Of a stretch of DNA of 64,000 nucleotides, positions 60,471 to 64,000 are shown piece by piece. The notes beneath the pieces were generated by a model that saw nothing but the letters and a program-made list of their open reading frames with translations, was not told the DNA's origin and ran no database searches. The position numbers and the translations under genes are program-made. The first letter of the stretch is position 1. Every line of letters starts with the position of its first letter. The stretch comes from Camelus ferus. Taxonomy: Eukaryota. Where the stretch lies: positions 118,794,001 through 118,858,000 of the forward strand of contig NC_045697.1 in the NCBI RefSeq assembly GCF_009834535.1, written 5' to 3'.

Positions 60471-61685
60471 AGTTCTGGGGTCATTTCCTCAAGGCCTGCA
60501 CCCAACCAGCTGCTTTCTTTTTATTTCAGCCAGAGCCCGGGTAGACGGGTGCTAAAATCTGCGCGGGCCTCGGGGTGCTCGGTTTAAGGCTGCGGCCGGT
60601 CCTGAGTCCCTTATCCAGAGGTCGGCTGGTGGCGGACCTCACCACAGGGCGGCATTGCTGGTAGATGGAGGCCAGGAGGCTAAGGCTCCATGAAAGATGC
60701 GGATGACGATGGGAGTAGGGACCACCATCCTAAATTCTGTCACCTTCAAGTTATCACAAGCTCAAGCTTTTAAGGAAAGTTTCAGTGGTTTTATAGTAAA
60801 TGATCTTTATTGATTTCGTCTTTTTTTGTTTTGTTTAAGAGAAAGCAAGTTTACTTAGAGAGACAGACACTCCATAGAGAGTGCCAGTGGTCTCAAGGCA
60901 AGGGAGAGAACAACCCATTGGTTTCATCTTGGTCAGTGTTCTTTCCAGGTTATGATGGGGAAAAGAAAAAAAGACAATTTCAAAAACTGGTTTCAGCTCC
61001 TCATAGTGTTAGGGGAGGGGGTGATGGAATCTGAGGAGTCCCCAGTACCCCGGCTCTGGAATCAAGGTGGCCTTTCCTGTCTGGGTCCCCACCAGGAAGA
61101 GGGGGGAGCATCAGGGAGGGGGATACCTGTTTGGGGGGATGCAGCCCAGCAGTCCAGGCAGGTGAAGGCAAACAACTGTTCCTTGGTTGGCATACCCCCC
61201 CACTCTCTGCTAGCTTTTCAAGAACAGTTCAGCTGCAGCTGTCAGCTCTTCGAAGCCAGTTTGGAGGGAATTGAATTTAAATGGAAACGCATGTGGAATA
61301 TATCTAGTGGATGTGTTTGGTAAGCGAAGTTGATGCTCCTGGATGGTTAAACCTGGGTAATCTTTGAAGAGGTGGAGAAAAGAGAAATAGCTGGTGATGG
61401 AGAGGGCACTGAGTCAACAATGAGTTTATTTCCCCCTGTAGAACAGGGCTGGATGGTGGCTGGGTGTGATGCTGCGGAGGTAGAGGCTAACAACCGAGAG
61501 GCAGGTGGGGATGATAGCGGCCCTCAAGCCCTGTGAAAGCAAGAGGGAGGCAAACCCAGGGCCCTGGAGGAGGGGCCGGCTTCTGGAAGGAGGAGCATAT
61601 GTAACAGGAGGCCCACAGGGCAGGACTCTGGGAGCCTTGTGGAGAGATTCCTTCTGCCTGAAGAGAAAAAATACTCACTCTCTCT

Positions 61686-62368
61686 TTTTTAATTGAAGTA
61701 TAGTCAGTTTACAATGTGGTGTCAATTTCTTGTGTACAGTGTAATGTTTCAGTCATACACATACATACATACATATATTCTTTTTCATATTCTTTTTATT
61801 ATAGTTTACTACAAGATATTAAATACAGTTCCCTGTGCTATATAGTAGGACCTTCGCTATTTTATATATGGTAGCAGTAACTGTAAATCTCAAACTCCCA
61901 ATTTATCCCTTCCCACCCCCTTTCCCCTCAGTAACCATAAGCTTATTTTCCATGTCTGTGAGTCTTTCTGTTTTGTAAGTAACTTCATTTGTCTTTCCTT
62001 AAAGACTAAATACATAAGTGATAAAATATGGAATTTTTCTTTCTCTTTCTGACTTCACTTAGAATGAAGATCTCCAGGTCCATCCAAGTTGCTGCAGGCA
62101 TTTTATTTTTTATGGCTGAGTAGTATTCCATTGTATATATACCACAACTTCTTTATCCAGTCACCTGTTGATGGACATTTAGATTGCTTCCATGTTTGAC
62201 TATTGTAAATAGTGCTGCTATGAACGTTGGGGTTCATGTATCTTTTCAAATTATGGTTCCCTCTGGGTAAAACGCCCAGGAGTGGGATTGCTTTATCAAA
62301 TGGTAAGTATATATTTAGCTTTTTTAGCAATTGCCCTACTGTTTTCCATAATGGCTGTACCAAACTGC
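61686..62368 (-). mobile_element. LINE-1 3' end
   Basis: ORF 62103..62363(-) [25 protein letters not shown]-run at the left end. Confidence 0.9.
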
Positions 62369-63324
62369 CAAGAATACTCTTATTTACACCTTCCTTGAAC
62401 TCTGATTACTTAATCTGTGACTATTAATCAACATTTCTCTAAGGAAGAAACGTTAAATACTTGTATACTGCTCTCACACCTGATAAACCAAAACTTACAC
62501 TTTTACAAGTGTAATTTGCTCCAATTTTTAAATGAATGTATATATTGAATGAAACTTGTACAATTTAACTAAATCACAAATCTGATAGATTCTCTTAAAT
62601 GCTAAAAGTGGCTAGAACATTTAAAAAATATATTTGCTAACATCTGAGAGCTTAAGTACCAGGTCCTGTTCAGCTTTAGATATGTGATATTATCAATATT
62701 CAAAATGTCCCCATGAGATAGATCCCCTGATTACAGCCTTGAAATTCAGACATGGAGAAACGAAGCAACTTGCTCACGGTCACACAGGCAGCTGGGACTG
62801 GAGTCCAGGGTCCCACGCCATGTGCCCTTTTATCATTGTAGTGAATACCAAATACATTGTAACAGTTTATTAAAACCAGTTAGAGAAATGCTAATATCTT
62901 TTATAGTAATCACTTCCTTGTTTCTGTTTGTAGCTTCATCATCTAAGCATTCGCTCCTGCACATTATATGTAAGTTTTACTTTATTTCTGAAAAAGTAGA
63001 AAAATACATATTGGATGATGTTGTGTCCATCACTTTATTCAGCATGGTTTATGAGATTGATCCATTTTATTGCCTGTAGTTGTGTTTCATTTATCTCCTT
63101 GTTGTGTAGTCTTTTTTTTCCTTTATTTTTTTTTATTTTTAATTGAAGTATAGTTGGTTTATAGTCCTGTGTTCCTTGTTGTGTAGTCTTTCACTGTATT
63201 TATGCTCGTATATATACATTTATATCACTAATCATTTATCCATCCTGAAATTGATGGGCTTTTGGGTTTTCTCCAGTTTGGGCTAGTGTAATGAATATGA
63301 CACTGAACAGTCTTGTGTATGTTT

Positions 63325-63692
63325 CTGTATTTATCAGCTCAGGATACAATAACAGAATAACACGTTTATTTTCTCACGGTTCTGGAGATTAGAAGTTCAA
63401 GTTCCAGGGTGCCACTGTGGGTGGTTTCTGGAGTGACCTCTGTCCTTGGTCTGCAGATGGCTGCCTTCTCTCTGGGTCCAAATGGCCTTGGATGAGCTGA
63501 GGAGGAGGAGTGGAGGGGTGGGGAAGAGAGCGGTTCTGGTGTCTCATCCTAGAAGGACACCAGTCCTATTAGATTAAGGCTCTACCCTGAGGACTTTGCT
63601 TAACCTTAATTTGGCCCCCTCTCCAGGTACAACCCCACTGGGGGTGGGGCTTCTACAAAGGAACTTTGGGAAGGGATACAGCTCAGTCTGTA
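63325..63692. mobile_element. MaLR (MLT1) LTR
   Basis: tttattttctcacggttctggag..agaagttcaag..gcagatggctgccttctc..aaggacaccagtcctatt.gatta.gg. Confidence 0.8.
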
Positions 63693-63877
63693 GCAGTCTC
63701 CCGGGGCACACGCATGTAGTTTTGCCTTTTGCATTTAAAATTTAACTTACAAGTGTACGGTGTTTTACTGTGCTTTGCTTTATTTCACTTTGAAGATACT
63801 GTGTTAGTTTACAAATTACAGATTTGTGGTAATCCTGCCTTGTCAGGTGATGGTCAGCAGTTTTTAGCAAGAAAATA

Positions 63878-63990
63878 TTTTTTTTATTTTGGGGGGGGAT
63901 TAGGTTTGTTTGTTTGTTTATGGAGGGACTTGGGATGGAACCCAGGCCCCGTGCATGCTAAGCACGAGCTCTACCACTGAGCTCTGCCCT
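63878..63990 (-). mobile_element. tRNA-derived SINE (vic-1-like)
   Basis: gaacccaggccccgtgcatgctaagcacgagctctaccactgagct. Confidence 0.85.
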
Positions 63991-64000
63991 CTTCCCACCA

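Overview
Mammalian genomic DNA, probably from a camelid. This is inferred from many tRNA-derived SINEs of the GGGGAGGGTATAGCTCA..GTAGAGCAC.TGCTTAGCATGCA type, which resemble the camelid vic-1 family. I found no intact known protein-coding gene. The left ~36 kb looks like a segmental-duplication or subtelomere-type mosaic. It holds an old ~3.4 kb tandem duplication, tandem CTCF-like motifs, a degenerate (TTAGGG)n tract, and a three-exon RalGDS-derived gene with one premature stop flanked by 660 bp direct repeats. It also holds unprocessed, decayed pieces of JMY (exon 1), CEP162 (first coding exon) and an ANKRD26-family gene (two ankyrin exons), plus a CpG-island promoter with unidentified exons. 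At 41.96-46.06 kb lies a degraded class II endogenous retrovirus: LTR, tRNA-Met PBS, gag, dUTPase, pro and truncated pol, with two -1 frameshift signals. Its layout is betaretrovirus-like but many protein motifs read as deltaretrovirus- or lentivirus-like, which makes it the most unusual element here. The right end is repeat-rich unique DNA with a second CpG island and candidate non-coding exons. All homology calls are from recalled sequences read by eye, not from database searches, and repeat boundaries are approximate.
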